Positions 1 through 13,417 of a DNA stretch of 64,000 bases are shown in pieces (positions within the stretch are counted from its first letter, which is position 1; every line of letters begins with the position of its first letter). The notes under the pieces were generated by a model. It ran no database searches, had not been told where the DNA came from, and saw only the letters and a program-made list of their open reading frames with translations. This stretch comes from Eledone cirrhosa (lineage: Eukaryota): the NCBI GenBank assembly GCA_964016885.1, contig OZ024740.1, forward strand, positions 227,788,001 to 227,852,000, in the 5' to 3' direction. The translations under genes were made by a program, and so were the position numbers.

Positions 1-1456
1 CAGTTTAATAAGAAAAGGAGGAGCAGTGTCTATGTCACTGATCCAAATACTTATTACAGAGTGGACTCCACTAAAGATATCAAAAGACCAGGTGATGGTG
101 GTGTTAAACCAAATGACAGATCCAAGATTAACTGTTTTGATACCAAACCTCCTGAAACTATCCCCTGCTTCTATATTAAAAAATTTTTATTTTAAAGTGT
201 TTATATTTATCTAATGATCAGATGAGGATTCAGGACCCACCAACATTACTTTTTTTCCAACGAGGATCATGGATATACAGCATCATATAGGTGAGCATTG
301 GTGCATTTGCCCATGGTCCCTGACCCTCAGTAATGAGGTTGGGAAAGAGACCATATTTATCTAAAAACCTTCCATTATAATGTTTATGTAAAGACCTTTT
401 TGTTACCATATATCTAATGAACAACATTACATATAATTTTGAAATCATGCTGAAGCAATCAGAAATTTCGTAGGATTTAATAATATTACTTTCTCATTGT
501 TAAGCTGATATTTGGAACATAACTTAAGGTTCTTACATAAAATTACAATCAAAGGTTTTTAGATAAATATATACACTTTAGTATTGTAGAACCTAGGGCA
601 GTTTCGGTTGGTTTGGAATCAAAAGGGTTAAGTTATGTTCCAAACACCAAAATAATAATGAGAGAGGAGAGAGTTAGTTATATTACTAAATTTCTTTAAA
701 TTCTAGATTATTTTCAAAATTATTTGAAAATAATAGGCTGTCTTTCAATAGAAATACGTAAACAAATATGTTAAGTCTACCAACCATAGTGTAAGTCCCA
801 CTAGTTAAAGTCAACATGAGCCTAATGGGATATCTACTTATATGAAGTAACCCAAACAAAAGAGAAGTATCAGGTAAAATAGACAGGTAAGACATATAAG
901 TTCACGTGAACAGATGAAGATTAATCCAAATGATAATAATATCACACACAACCTAAATACCAGGCCTGCATATCTTGCATAGACACAGACATAGACAACA
1001 ACTCCTCTATAAGGATATAATACTTGTTTCTACTTTTGGCACAAAGCCAGCAATTACCCAGTGCATTACTGGTGCTTAATTTTATCGACCCCATAAGATG
1101 AAAGGCAAAGTTAACATGAGCGGGATTTGAACTCAGAGTGTAAAGAGCCATAACTCTATGCTGCAAAGCATGATGTCTGATGCTCTACCGATACTGCCAA
1201 TAAACAATAAATAGACATAATCATTACACATCTCAAGGACATAAAACATGATCCTGCTCATGTTTGAACATTCATAATGAAATTCTCCTTCTCACCTCCC
1301 AAAGTTCCTATAAATTTGAAGCCTCATAATTTCTATTCATTTGTCATGTGGACTTCATATATATAACATAACCAGACCTGTATCATAAACACCAGGATTT
1401 CTTTTTCTGGTCTGAAAATACTCCATTTGCAAACCCACCTCTCTCTCTCTCTCTCT

Positions 1457-1496
<40 letters not shown>

Positions 1497-2987
1497 TATA
1501 TGAGATGTCAAGGAAGGCTCAGGCCTTAGCCTTTATGATTGTACCCTGAGCTGATCGATATTGAAACAATTGTAAAATACCAATAAAGTTTATAAATATA
1601 CTGCAATAGTGATTTTGATCTTACTTTTTATATATATAAAGGTTCCAAGTTCAATCTCACTGCATGCTATCTTAGTTGTCTTTTACTATAGTTTTGAGTT
1701 GACCTAAGCCTTGTGAGTGTAATTGGATAGACAGAAACTTTTTGAAGCCCATCCAATAGATTGTACCTGTAATTCAAAGGATCAGCTTTGTCATACATTG
1801 TGTCATGTTTAATCTCTTAATGAATTATTTTAAGGGTGCATGTGTCTGGAGACAGGCTTCTGCCTGCTACTGGTACCATGTAACCCTTACAACCTGCTTC
1901 AGGGCCAAGCAGTTGCTGACTAAACAGACCTTGATCTGTTGGGGAGGGGAAGTGTAACCCCTGGAGCACAAAACAAGAGCTGTAAAAAGGGCAGATGAAC
2001 TCCTCAGTCAACAGCCATCCACCCCAACTATGGATTAAATAGCTTCACCAACCTGAAATTGGCCAAGCATGGTGAGTATGGAAACACCACTGACATAACC
2101 AAAACCAAACAGAAAGTGGTAGAGGTCAACCAAGGAGGGGTTCCTCCAACAGGAGCGGGAAGACCCTAAATTGGATTAGATTGGTGCCTGGAGAAAACCC
2201 AGCCACTTACAAAATCTTGTGAGTAAAATTGGGTAGACAGAAACTATTTGGAAGTTCACTCGATATATTGTTGGTCATTGTTGGTGACATGACAAAAAGC
2301 ACCCAGTCCAACCTGTCAGTTGGTTGTTTTAGTGCCATGATAAAAAGCACCCAGTGCACACTAAATGTAGTTTGGAAGGACATCCAGCCATAGAAACCAA
2401 GCCAGAAACAGTTCTGTATAAGCAAGACATAATCATCTGATCTGGCTTGTCTCACAAGACAACTCATCTAACACATGCTAGTGTGGAAAAATGGACATTA
2501 AACGGTGATGATGATGATGAATTCAAAGGATTGGTTTTGTCAGACATTGTGTCACAATTTCCATGTCTGGAGAATATAATCAATCATTTGCATGATAACT
2601 TGACAAGTTGGCCACTACATTGATCTAACACCGGGAACACTCATTGTCTAAACCAATGGCAGTTCATTTATTTTACATATATATATGAGCAATATTCTAC
2701 ATTGGAGTAATAGTCACATATATGGAATAGTGATGCTGCTACACACAAACATCCTTGACTGCAAGCAACCAATACATGGCCATTTGACTGATTGGAAAAG
2801 ATAAAATCACCAATATACTTCTTTAAACAATGTAGATATCACACGCACAATTCAGTTCTAGTCATGTAAAAGTCATTTATATATAAAATAAAGATGCCTA
2901 TGCTCTACCAACGTATTGAGTAACTTTTTTAACTGTGGTAATCTCCCGATCCCCATCAGGAATCCACCTATAATTATATATGCATCG

Positions 2988-3019
<32 letters not shown>

Positions 3020-4811
3020 GCACATGTATGTATATATACTAGGTGATTCAGTATATTTGTGGCTTATACACACACAAAGCTTTACTACAGTTTCTGTCTC
3101 CCAAATTTACACACAAGGAAATAGTAGAAGACAGCTGCCCAAGATGCTGCACAATGGAGTTGAAACCAAAACCATGTGGTTGTGAAGCCATCCCTGCATC
3201 TAGTGTATCTTGAAATAATGATTTCCTATTTAGGCAAAAGTTCAACAATTTAGGTGAAGTGAAAGTCGATTAAATCAACCCCAGTGTACTGCTGGTAGTT
3301 TATTTTATCGACCCCATAAAGGTGAAAGGCAGAATTTGAACTCATAATGTAAAGAGCCATAACTAAATGCCACGAAGCATGTTGTCTAATGCAATACTGA
3401 CACTGCCAATTCACCACCCTGGCGAATCTTGAAAATAGAATATAATAGTTTCTCTTTAGAGAATATTACTGTTTTTCTCATGTGTCTCCAGCAAGAATAT
3501 ATGGTTTTCTAAACCATATATTCATGCAAGACACCACACAGACACACATACACAGTCTTGTTTATAAATAGAAAATCCCAAGTAGCTATTAGAAAACACT
3601 CCTGCTATTATAGAAAGAAATAACTGAGACACTGAACAACAGTCTGCCAGTCACCATTGAACAATACAACAAACATTTATGTGCTGTAGCAAGGACATAG
3701 ATGAAATACAAGCATTTAAACCAACATATTGGTTTCAAAATAATGTAAAGAGCTATATAACAGATCTACTCAAATATATGTGTGTGTGTGTATGTGTCTA
3801 TATATATGTCTATATGTATGTGTATGTGTGTGTGTATATATATATATACAGAGAGAGAGACATATATACATATAGATTTAGTAGCTCATTTCAACCCCAG
3901 TACTTATTTTTTCAAGTCTGGTACTTATTTCATCAATCTACTTTTTTGTTGAACCACTAGGTTCCAGGGCATAAACACACACATATACATATATATACAC
4001 ACACATATATATAGCAGGCTTCTGAAGTTTCCATCTACCATGTTTCACTCACAAAGCATTTGTTAACCCAAGGATAAGATATAATAATAAATTATTCTTT
4101 CATTGAGATGTCTAAGCATTAGAGATAGATAACTTTATAAATTGACATTAACCCTTTAATGATCAAACCAGCCAAAACCGGCCAGAATTCTCTACCTTTT
4201 TCTGTTGAAACTGGCTGTAATCAGTCACTCAAACTGATGTTAAGGTATTGTTCTCAAAATAAATACTTTCAAAAACTCATAGATATATATAATTACAGTA
4301 ATCATACAGATACAATCATATATTATTAAACATATTTGTAAATAAAGTTGTTACTTACAATCACACAAAATCATAACATGAGGCAAAGCAAAGATTATTC
4401 CAAAATAAATGACAAAGCAACAAGGTGGATATATACTGCATAATATGACTAAGTGATTTTTCTACCTGTTTTATCAGTCACACCTGAGAAATTCTGATTG
4501 CAATAATCTCTCATTATATATACATTATATATATATATATTACACACTTATATACATGTGTGTGTGTGCGTGCCCAATATATATCCACCTTGGTTATATA
4601 TATATCAAGCAGTATTACAGTTTATAGGTGATTAAGTTTAGAGACCTAGTAAACAAGATCATCAGAGGTCACCAAAGAAAATATATAAGAAAGATTAACT
4701 CAGCTTGAAACATAAGAAGATAATAATTTTCATGGGAGACACTCTTACATTTACTTCCCTGTTAACATTCAAACATGTTGAATCAAGCAGAACTATATAT
4801 AAGGTGGAATG

Positions 4812-7800
4812 ATCATCATCATCATCATCATCATCATCGTTTAACGTCCGTGTTCCATGCTTGCATGGGTTTGGACGGGAGTTTTCCCACTTGAGGCAAG
4901 AGTGGTTGTCTTGCTCGCATAGGACTGTCTGGCGGGTTTTCTACAGTTGGATGCCCTTCCTAACACCAACCACATTTACAGTGTGGGGCTGGGAGGTTTT
5001 TACTGTGTTGCCTACACGGCCACATTACAGCATGGACTGTCTGGCAGGTTTTCTACAGCTGGATGCCCTTCCTAACACCAACCACATTTACAGTGTGGGA
5101 CTGGGACGTTTTTACCGTGTTGCCTACACGGTCACATTACAGCATGGACTGTGTGTTTTTTTTTTTTCGTGACACCTACACGATCTCATTTGTTTCGGCC
5201 TGGATTTTGTGGCATCAACATAACTTTACATTGAAAGGGGCGGTGTGGATGGGGGGGGGGGGGGGGGGGGTATTTTGTTAGAGATGCCTACAGACTGTAG
5301 TAGATTTTACTTTGTATTTAGGTAACGCGGGTCTTCTCTGTTACTGAGTACCGCCAAAGGTCTCGGTCCAGTGACATTCTCTTGGAGAGGTGTAAGTGTG
5401 TGAGGTCGGAATTTATCAGCTCGTCCCAGGTTTTTCTGGGTTTGCCTACTCCGTGGCTACCATCTATCTTTATTGCCCGGCACTTTGTTATACAGCTGTC
5501 GTCTTTCATGCGCATCACGTGACCATACCAACGTAGCCTTCTCTCGAGTAAACAACATCTGATCCCTCTTATTTCTAATTTTTTCCTTAGTTCGTTTATG
5601 CTTTGCCGTTCGCGTATATTACTATTACACATCCAGCGGAGCATGCAAGCTTCGTTCCTCTCTAGTCTGCGTATATCCTCTGCACACAATGCCCAGGTCT
5701 CACTGACATGCAACATTGCTGTTCATATGCAGGCATCATACAACCTGCCTTTCACTTTTAGGGAGAACCCTTTAGCGGCTAATAGTGGTATAAGCTCTCT
5801 GAACTTTTTCCAACCAGTTCTGACTCTAGCTACTGTACTTTCGGAGCACCCTCCCCCACTGCTGATTTTGTCACCCAGGTAACGGAAGCTGTCCACTATT
5901 TCTATAGAACCCTCTGCGCAGTTGAAAGAGCTAGTATTTTGTGGGCACTTGCTGCTACTTATTGCACCAGAGCACCGGCCACATGTAAAATCTGTGTTCT
6001 TAGTTAGCTTACCTGTGATCCCACTACATCTTTTATGCACCCATACTTTGCATTTGGGACATAAAATGGAGTTTCTACCTACGCCTTTCCTACACACTGA
6101 GCATGGCCATTTCCCGGAAGGGACCGGCGCCTTATTTTCTTTCCTACAAACTAGAACTTTAGTCTTAGCCATGTTAATTTTAAGGCCTTTTGATTCTAGG
6201 CCGTGCTTCCATGTTTGGAATTTCTTCTCTAGCTCGGCCATTGATTCAGCTATGAGCGTTAGGTCATCTGCGTATAGGAGTTCCCATGGGCAGCCGGTCT
6301 TGAACTCCTCTGTTATAGCCTGAAGAGCAATAATGAATAGTAGGGGGCTAAGAACAGAGCCCTGATGGACACCAACTTTTACGCTAAACTCTTCACTATA
6401 TTCGTTGTTAATTCTAACCTTGCTGACTGTTTCTTTATACATGGCTTGTATAGCTCTCACAAGCCATTTGTCAACACCTAGATTTCTAAGAGCCCACCAG
6501 ATAATGGAACGGGGGACTCTGTCGAAGGCTTTCTCCAAGTCGACAAAGGCTAAGTATAGGGGTTTACTTTTAGCTAGGTACTTCTCCTGTAGTTGTCGTA
6601 CAATGAAAAGAGCGTCTGTGGTACTTTTGCCTGACACAAACCCGAACTGCATTTCATCTAGATCGATTCTCTCTCTGATTAGTTGCACTATTACTTTTTC
6701 CGTGACCTTCATGACCTGGTCGATTAATTTAATCCCTCTATAGTTACTCCTATCTAGGGCGTCTCCTTTACCCTTGTAACAGTTAATGATGATGCTGCTA
6801 CGCCAGTCCTTCGGAACAACCCCATTCTGTATGACTTGGTTTACTATCCGGGTGACCATGGTGTGTCCCACCGTTCCAGAGGCCTTCAGCATCTCAGCGA
6901 CTATTTCCGAAGGCCCAGCCGCCTTACCCGTCTTCATATCTTTGATCGCCTTACTTATTATACTACCTTCAACTAACACTGCTGGTCCCTCTATTGGATC
7001 GATCTGGGGGAGACTATCCTTCTCCCATTTATTCTCCTCATTTAGTAGCCTCTCGTAGTGACACTTCCAAGACCTTATCAGCGTCAGTGATGGCGAGTAC
7101 GCCATCATCATTTAGTACACACTTCTCCCCAACAATATCACGGTTTTCCTTGACACATTGCCTAGCAATCCTGAACACCTCACGTTTTTGGTCCTCGCGT
7201 TGTAGAACATGCTTGAACTTTCTTTCCTCTGCTTCCCTTCTTGCAAAGTACACTTGTCTCCTAGCTTCCCTCCTGGCCACTTGATAGTCTTCTCTACTTC
7301 CCCCATCCCGCCATATTTTCCAAGCCTGCTTTTTGGCCTTAATCGACTCCTCCACCTTACTGTTCCACCACCATGTTACTCTCCTCCTGCCTATAGGCCT
7401 GCTCCGGCCACAGACTTCGTCTGCCGCCATCAGCAGGTTTGCTTTCAGGAATTCCCACTGCCCCTCTATATTGTCCGACTCTAAATGCTCTTCCTTACTG
7501 TCGAAAGCGTCAAGTAATATGCTTTGAAATTTATTTCTGGCTGTGGGGTCCTTTAGCTTCCATATTTTTCTCCTGAGGATAGTCCTCTTCTGCTGTCGAG
7601 TACGTCTCGTCCTGACTATGAGGTCGCTAATTATCAGTCTATGTTGGGAGGTACATTCTTCATGGGGGAGGGATTTAGTGTTTACAACAGTCACTCTGTC
7701 ACGTCTTCTGGTAAGGATATAATCTACCTGGCTGGTATGTTCCCCTGATCTGTAGGTGATCAAGTGATTGTTTCGTTTTTTGAAGTTAGTGTTACAGATT

Positions 7801-8613
7801 GTTAGGTTATTTGGTCACAGAATTCCAGGATTCTGGAGCCTTCCTCATTTCTAGTACCAAACCCATAGCCTCCATGGATTTCATCATAGCCGTCACAATG
7901 TTGTCCAACGTGACCATTTAGGTCGCCAGCAATAATTATATAGTCACTGTCGGTTATTTGGGAGGTAGTGAGCATCAGTGTCTCATAGAAAGTGTCTTTT
8001 ATAGCGCCAGGCAGTCCGGATTGGGGCGCGTACGCAGATATTATCGTCACAGTAGTTCTATTTAGAACAAGTCTTATTTTAATTATTCTGTCGTTTACTC
8101 TATTTACATCTATTATCTTATCCACCCATTTTTCTGCTAACATGATTCCTACCCCACCCAGCCCATTGTCATTTCCCACCCAGAAAAGCTTATAGCATCG
8201 TTTTTTACCCACAATGAATCTAGCAGACCCGCCCCTCCACCTGGTCTCTTGGATGCAGCAGACATCAACCTCCTTACGTTCAAGCATTTCTACAACCTCG
8301 TTTGAGCGGCCTTTTAAGGTCCCTACATTCATGGTACCAACTCTGAAGTTTGGGATTGCGTTTGGTGGGTGGGGTGCAGGGAGGGGTGTGGTTGATGGGG
8401 TTGGGTTTATGTTGGCCATCCGCGGCCGCAACAAAGAGGGTGGGGCTTTGCCCTTTCGTCCGGCAGCATGAGGTGAATTTGTCGTTATCTTTTGCATTGT
8501 CTTCGGGTGTCCAGATTCTTCTGACTCTCCAGAAATTCCCTAGTTCATCCATCATATCGAAAAAGCAACCAGAAGAGCTAGCATAGGTCGTTTACTTGTG
8601 ATTGGTCCAAATA
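4812..8613 (-). mobile_element. Near-full-length RTE-clade non-LTR retrotransposon (APE endonuclease + RT, about 500-bp 3' UTR, (GAT)n tail)
   Basis: Collinear minus-strand ORFs carry APE motifs (GTMNVGTL, CIQETRW, ISAYAPQ, IIAGDLNGHVG, SQVDYIL, SQHRLI), RT motifs (FVDLEKAFDRVP, GVHQGSVLSPLLF, LLYADDL) and an RTE C-terminus (RLRWYGHVMRM, GKPRKTW). The (ATC)n tail is at 4812-4838. The 5' boundary is approximate; ATAAGGTGGA at 4799-4808 and 8614-8623 is a candidate TSD. Confidence 0.95.
5318..8555 (-). pseudogene. Disrupted RTE ORF (APE-RT-PHD-C-terminal domain)
   Basis: ORFs 7802-8497, 7038-7763, 5723-7111 and 5318-5716 join into one polyprotein through frameshifts near 7812 and 7075 and one in-frame TGA at 5723-5725. 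Confidence 0.92.
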
Positions 8614-9287
8614 ATAAGGTGGAGAGTGGGGGCGGGAGGGAGGGGTATGGGGTAGTTTGCGAGGAGCAGAATTAATTTTAGAACAACGGTGAGAAAGAAC
8701 AGAATTATAGAAAGCCAATTTTGAATACGATTTTTTGATTCTGGGGGATTGTAAGATATATAGATGAATGAACCGAATGTGGAGAGTTGAGAAGAAATGG
8801 ATATGTACGTTACATTTCGTAGAAGAAAACTGAACAAGCGACCATCAATAATAGGAGACAAATTCTGGGTTTAGTCCCCTGTAGCATGGCTTATTTATAT
8901 TTGGTTGGCAAGGAGTGAGGAGGAGTGTGAGACCAGCGTATATGATAGAGAGAGTGAGGGGGTGAGAGGCGATTTCAGCAGGCCAAGAGAGAGAGAGAGG
9001 GCAATCCCTAATTTAACCTGGCATAATTTCTTTTTTCGGCCAAAATGGTTGCAGGAATATTATTTAGAATTGTAGAAAGACAAACAATTATGAACATGAT
9101 TTTTTTTATTCTGGGGGATTGTAAGATATATAGATGCGAGGAGCAGAATTATTTTTAGAACAATGGTGAGAAAGAACAGAATTATAGAAAGCCAATTTTG
9201 AATACGATTTTTTATAAAAAGTTTTAAAAAGGGGGAAAAGGTCTAAAAAAAAATTAACTTTCAGTTATTTTTCTTCTTCATTGCTCA

Positions 9288-9620
9288 CTTAATCCTGGGG
9301 AGGGGGGGGAGGGGGGTAATTGGGGCAGAGTCTTAAAGCATGCCTTCCAGCAGGTCCTGTCTGAAGCAACTGTCTCCAATTGATCAGACTAGATCCCCAA
9401 GCAAGACCAGCCGAGCTCATGGATGGTATGCAACCATCTTGCTCAGGTCTACACCTGGGTCTCCTGCCCCTTAGTTTTACCCATAAAATCTGTCCAGCAA
9501 CTCTTTCCTGAGGCATTCTAACCTCCTCATGTCTGTAATATCAGAACTGTGATTTCTCAATTGAGAGAAGCAGTGGCTCTACATGGAGCATCTTTCTGAC
9601 ATCCAAGCTACACACTTGCT
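9288..9620 (-). mobile_element. Expander/Rex3-like RTE 3' fragment
   Basis: Encodes MPQERVAGQILWVKLRGRRPRCRP; homologous to copies at 13.5, 18.6, 28.8 and 62.2 kb. Confidence 0.75.
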
Positions 9621-10480
9621 GGCAGGCAGGTGTAGCTATTGTTTATTATGCATTTATTTTCATGTTGGTGGATTGTCAGAATAATTAGAGCAGCAGACAC
9701 GATACTTTGTGACAGTTAGTTACAACCCGTTATGCTCTGTGTTCAAATCCCACCGAGGTCAACTTTGCTTTTCAGGGTCAAAAAGTACCAGTCACATATT
9801 GGACCAATACCTCCCCATAAATTGTTGACCTTGTTCCTAAATAAGAGATTATTTTATATTTATTCTGTTTTCATTTAGTCGTACTACATTATATTTATTT
9901 ATAATAGCTGTAATCATCTAATATACCTGCCTGAAAGCACCCCAGATTCTATGATACAATACAGTTTGTTTTAAAGTGTTTAGATTTATGTAAAAAAAAA
10001 ACCTTCCCTCATAATTCTATCTAAGAACCTTTTTCAAAAAACTTAATAGTGAGAAAGTTGTTTTGCTAAATCAATTCAAATTCTTTGAAAATCATAGACA
10101 GTGTCTTTCATTAGAAATATGGTAACGAAAGGGTTTAAGGCTTACTTTCACTGTGTGACACTTTGGATAAGTGTCTTCTATTGTAGCCTCGAGTTGATCA
10201 ATACTCTTGTGATCGAAATTTGGTAAACAGAAACTATGTGAAAACCCATCATATATATATATGTGTGTGTGTGTGTGTACATATATATATATGTGCATGC
10301 AAAAGGCAAACAGAATTAACAAAGCAAATGACACAGTACAATGAAGAAATATATTATTAGTTTTATACTTGATACAGTAGGGACAGGGTCTTAATGTTTC
10401 AGATGTTAGTCCTTCATCAGGAAATAGAATGAGAAACCAAAAAAGAAATAGAAAGATAGAGGAGAATAGACAGTGGCAGA

Positions 10481-10528
<48 letters not shown>

Positions 10529-12859
10529 CCTTGCTAGCAAGAAAAGTAGATATTAAATTATATTTAGGGCAGTGGTCAGTGTTTACATTTGTGTCTGAAT
10601 TTATGTCCTATAACTTAAGAGGCTTGACATAAAAAAAGAAAACAATAAATACTGGGGCCAATATGCTCAATTAAATTCCTTTAAGGTTTTGCTCCAGCAT
10701 GGTCACAACCATATTGTTGAAACCAATAAAAGAATAAAAGGTTAAGATAAAAAAAAAAAAAAATTTACCTGTACCCAATTAAATAATTGATTTTTCATGC
10801 ATTGACATGTTGAATGAATTATACAATAGTTTTGTAGTAACATGTAGGTGTTGTACGCATAGTGTTAACCTGATCATTGAGAAGTGACCAATATTATAGA
10901 AATAATTGATCAAATACACTTTTGAGTCACATTATCATAACCATCATTTGACTGTAGTAGCAAACGGCCACAATCGTCCTCCTCCTCAGGCCATTACAGA
11001 TTTCATAATTAATTGCAGTGTCATGGTTGCATGATTAACCCTGAATTTGAATCCCTTGGTAGAATTTGAAATCACACCACTAAGTACTGAAACAGATACC
11101 ACAGGGTATTTTATTTGCCGCTTTAATAATCCCACCAATCGATCGCCATGGACTGGTACAAGAAAATAACACCAAATCCATCCTGTAAGGTGGTTGTGCT
11201 GGTGACATGAGAAAAAAACATGAGAAAAAAAACAGTCAATCCAACCTGTAAGGTGGTCATGTTGGTGACATGAGAAAAAAAAGCACTCAGTCCACCCTGA
11301 TAGATAGTTGTTTTGGTGCCATGATAAAAAGCACCCAGTCCATACTATAACATGGTTGGCATTAAGAAGCCATAGAAACCAAGCTAAAATACAGGTGTGA
11401 ATGAGTAAGACCTCACCTAACTTGTTTCATAATGGGACAACCTGTCTAATCCATGCAAGTATGGATAAATAAATGTTAAACGGTGACAATGATGATGACA
11501 TGGCTGTGTGGTTCAAAAGTTTGCTGTGCAATCATGAAGTTATGAATTCAGTTCCATGTACCGCATTTGGCAAGTGTCTTTTACTAAAGCCTCATGCTGA
11601 CCAATGCTTTATGAGTGTGTGTGTATATATATATGTGTGTGTGTGTGTAAGAGAGAGCATTTCCCCCAATACGCTTCAACATTTAGCCCACATACATACA
11701 GTTTCTACAGGTGGTAGTGTTAAACTGGGAAACAGTTTATGTCTACTACTGAACCAGGAATACAGCGGGCTTTTAACTCAGATTGCAAAGAACAGAAATA
11801 AATACCACAAGGCAACTTATCAAACACCATAACAATTTTTCAAAACCATCATCTTAATCTGGTACTTTATTTTATTAATCTCAAAAGGACGATAAGCAAA
11901 ACTGACCTGGGTGGGATTTTAACTAAGAACACAGAAAGCAGAAACAAACACCACACGGTATCACATGTAACACCCTAACAATTTTTCCAATCCACCATCT
12001 TAGTCTGGTACTAGTGATAAGAAGCTCTCAGGAGAGCTGGACATCAGAAGGTCTTCAGAGAAGAAACCTTCCTCAAGCGTTTCGTCCTTTACTTTCCACC
12101 ACCTTAGTCTAGTACTATATTTTACCAACATCGAAAGGACAATAAGCAAATCTGACCTGGGTGGGATTTGAACTGAGAATACAGAAAGCAGAAAGAAATG
12201 CCATTAGGTATTTTGACCTATGCTCTAATTTTTCTGCGAATTCATCATTTACAACAGAATTTCTTGTCTAATTGAATGACTGTGTGAGATTTGTTAAAGT
12301 TAAACAGGTGCATATAGTCAGGCGAGGCACTCTTCAAGTACTACAGCAGACAACACAAACTTAAGAGGACAGATTTTTCTGAGAAAAAATATAATAAACA
12401 AGACTACACTTGACTGAATCTGATCAGTAATAAATAAAATAAAATAAATATATATACATCATCATCATTTTACGATCGCTTAAAATGATGATGATATATA
12501 ACATAAATATATAAATAAATAATAAAAGATAAATAAATATAAAATATTAAAAATTAGCTTGTATCTCAATTTGTATAAAATGTAAAACTTTGAAATGATT
12601 TGATATCAAGTTACAACACACACAAACATACACACATAACACATACACAATAACACACCCCCTACACTCATACATATACAATTACACTCAGATACGCACA
12701 CAAAACATAACTAAATCCTTCAGCAGTAGATTTTAACTTACACACAGTCAGCTGGTTGTCCAATCCAAGTGACACTTCTGTGTGTATTTATACAAACATA
12801 CACAGCCATTAAATAATAGTCTGATGATGATGATGATATATATACACATATACATACAT

Positions 12860-13043
12860 ACATCATCATCATCATCATTTTACGTCCGCTTTTCCCTGTT
12901 TGCAAGGGTGGGACGGGTCCTATTCAGCACAGCATCTCTCCACTTGTCACGGTCCTTCGTCATCTCCACCGTGAGCCTCAGCGATCTGAGGTCTGCTCCC
13001 ACCACCTCCGCCCATGTTTTTCGTGGTCTTCCTTCTACTGGCA
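12860..13043 (-). mobile_element. 3' end of a related RTE family with a very short 3' end
   Basis: GRPRKTWAEVVGADLRSLRLTVEMTKDRDKWRDAV runs directly into CCCTTGCAAACAGGGAAAAGCGGACGTAAAA(TGA)n. Confidence 0.85.
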
Positions 13044-13064
13044 TTTCTTCTTCTTTTTTTTTTT

Positions 13065-13154
<90 letters not shown>

Positions 13155-13417
13155 TGGCTTAGTGGTTAGAGCATTGGCCTTGCAATCGAAAGGTTGTGAG
13201 TTCAATTCTCAGACCGGTTTCCTTGAGCAAGACACTTTATGTCACATTACTCCAGTTTACTCAGCTGTAGAAATGAGATGATAGGGACTGAGGTCCATAT
13301 CATTCCACTGCAAAGTGGTCGTGGAGGTGCCACGGCAAAAAAGCACCCACCACTCACTGTAAATGAGGTTGGTGTTAGGAAGGGCATCCAGCTGTAGAAA
13401 TCAAGCCAATATCAGTT

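Noticed and set aside
5598-8586. Plus-strand ORFs over the RTE (and likewise over the Helitron)
   Set aside because: They are antisense shadows of the transposon ORFs with no motifs of their own.
8660-9212. Rearranged duplication (8660-8765 versus 9105-9212) next to the RTE, resembling LTRs
   Set aside because: The blocks are short and permuted, with no TG..CA ends, PBS or PPT; a local duplication of 5' UTR or flank is more likely.
10766-10845. Short minus-strand frame MLLQNYCIIHSTCQCMKNQLFNWVQ ending at CAG|GTAAAT
   Set aside because: There is a donor motif only, with no recognisable homology or partner exon.
12030-12095. GAAACG and CTGAAGA motifs on the minus strand suggesting a hammerhead
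   Set aside because: The order and pairing do not give a convincing stem II or stem III.
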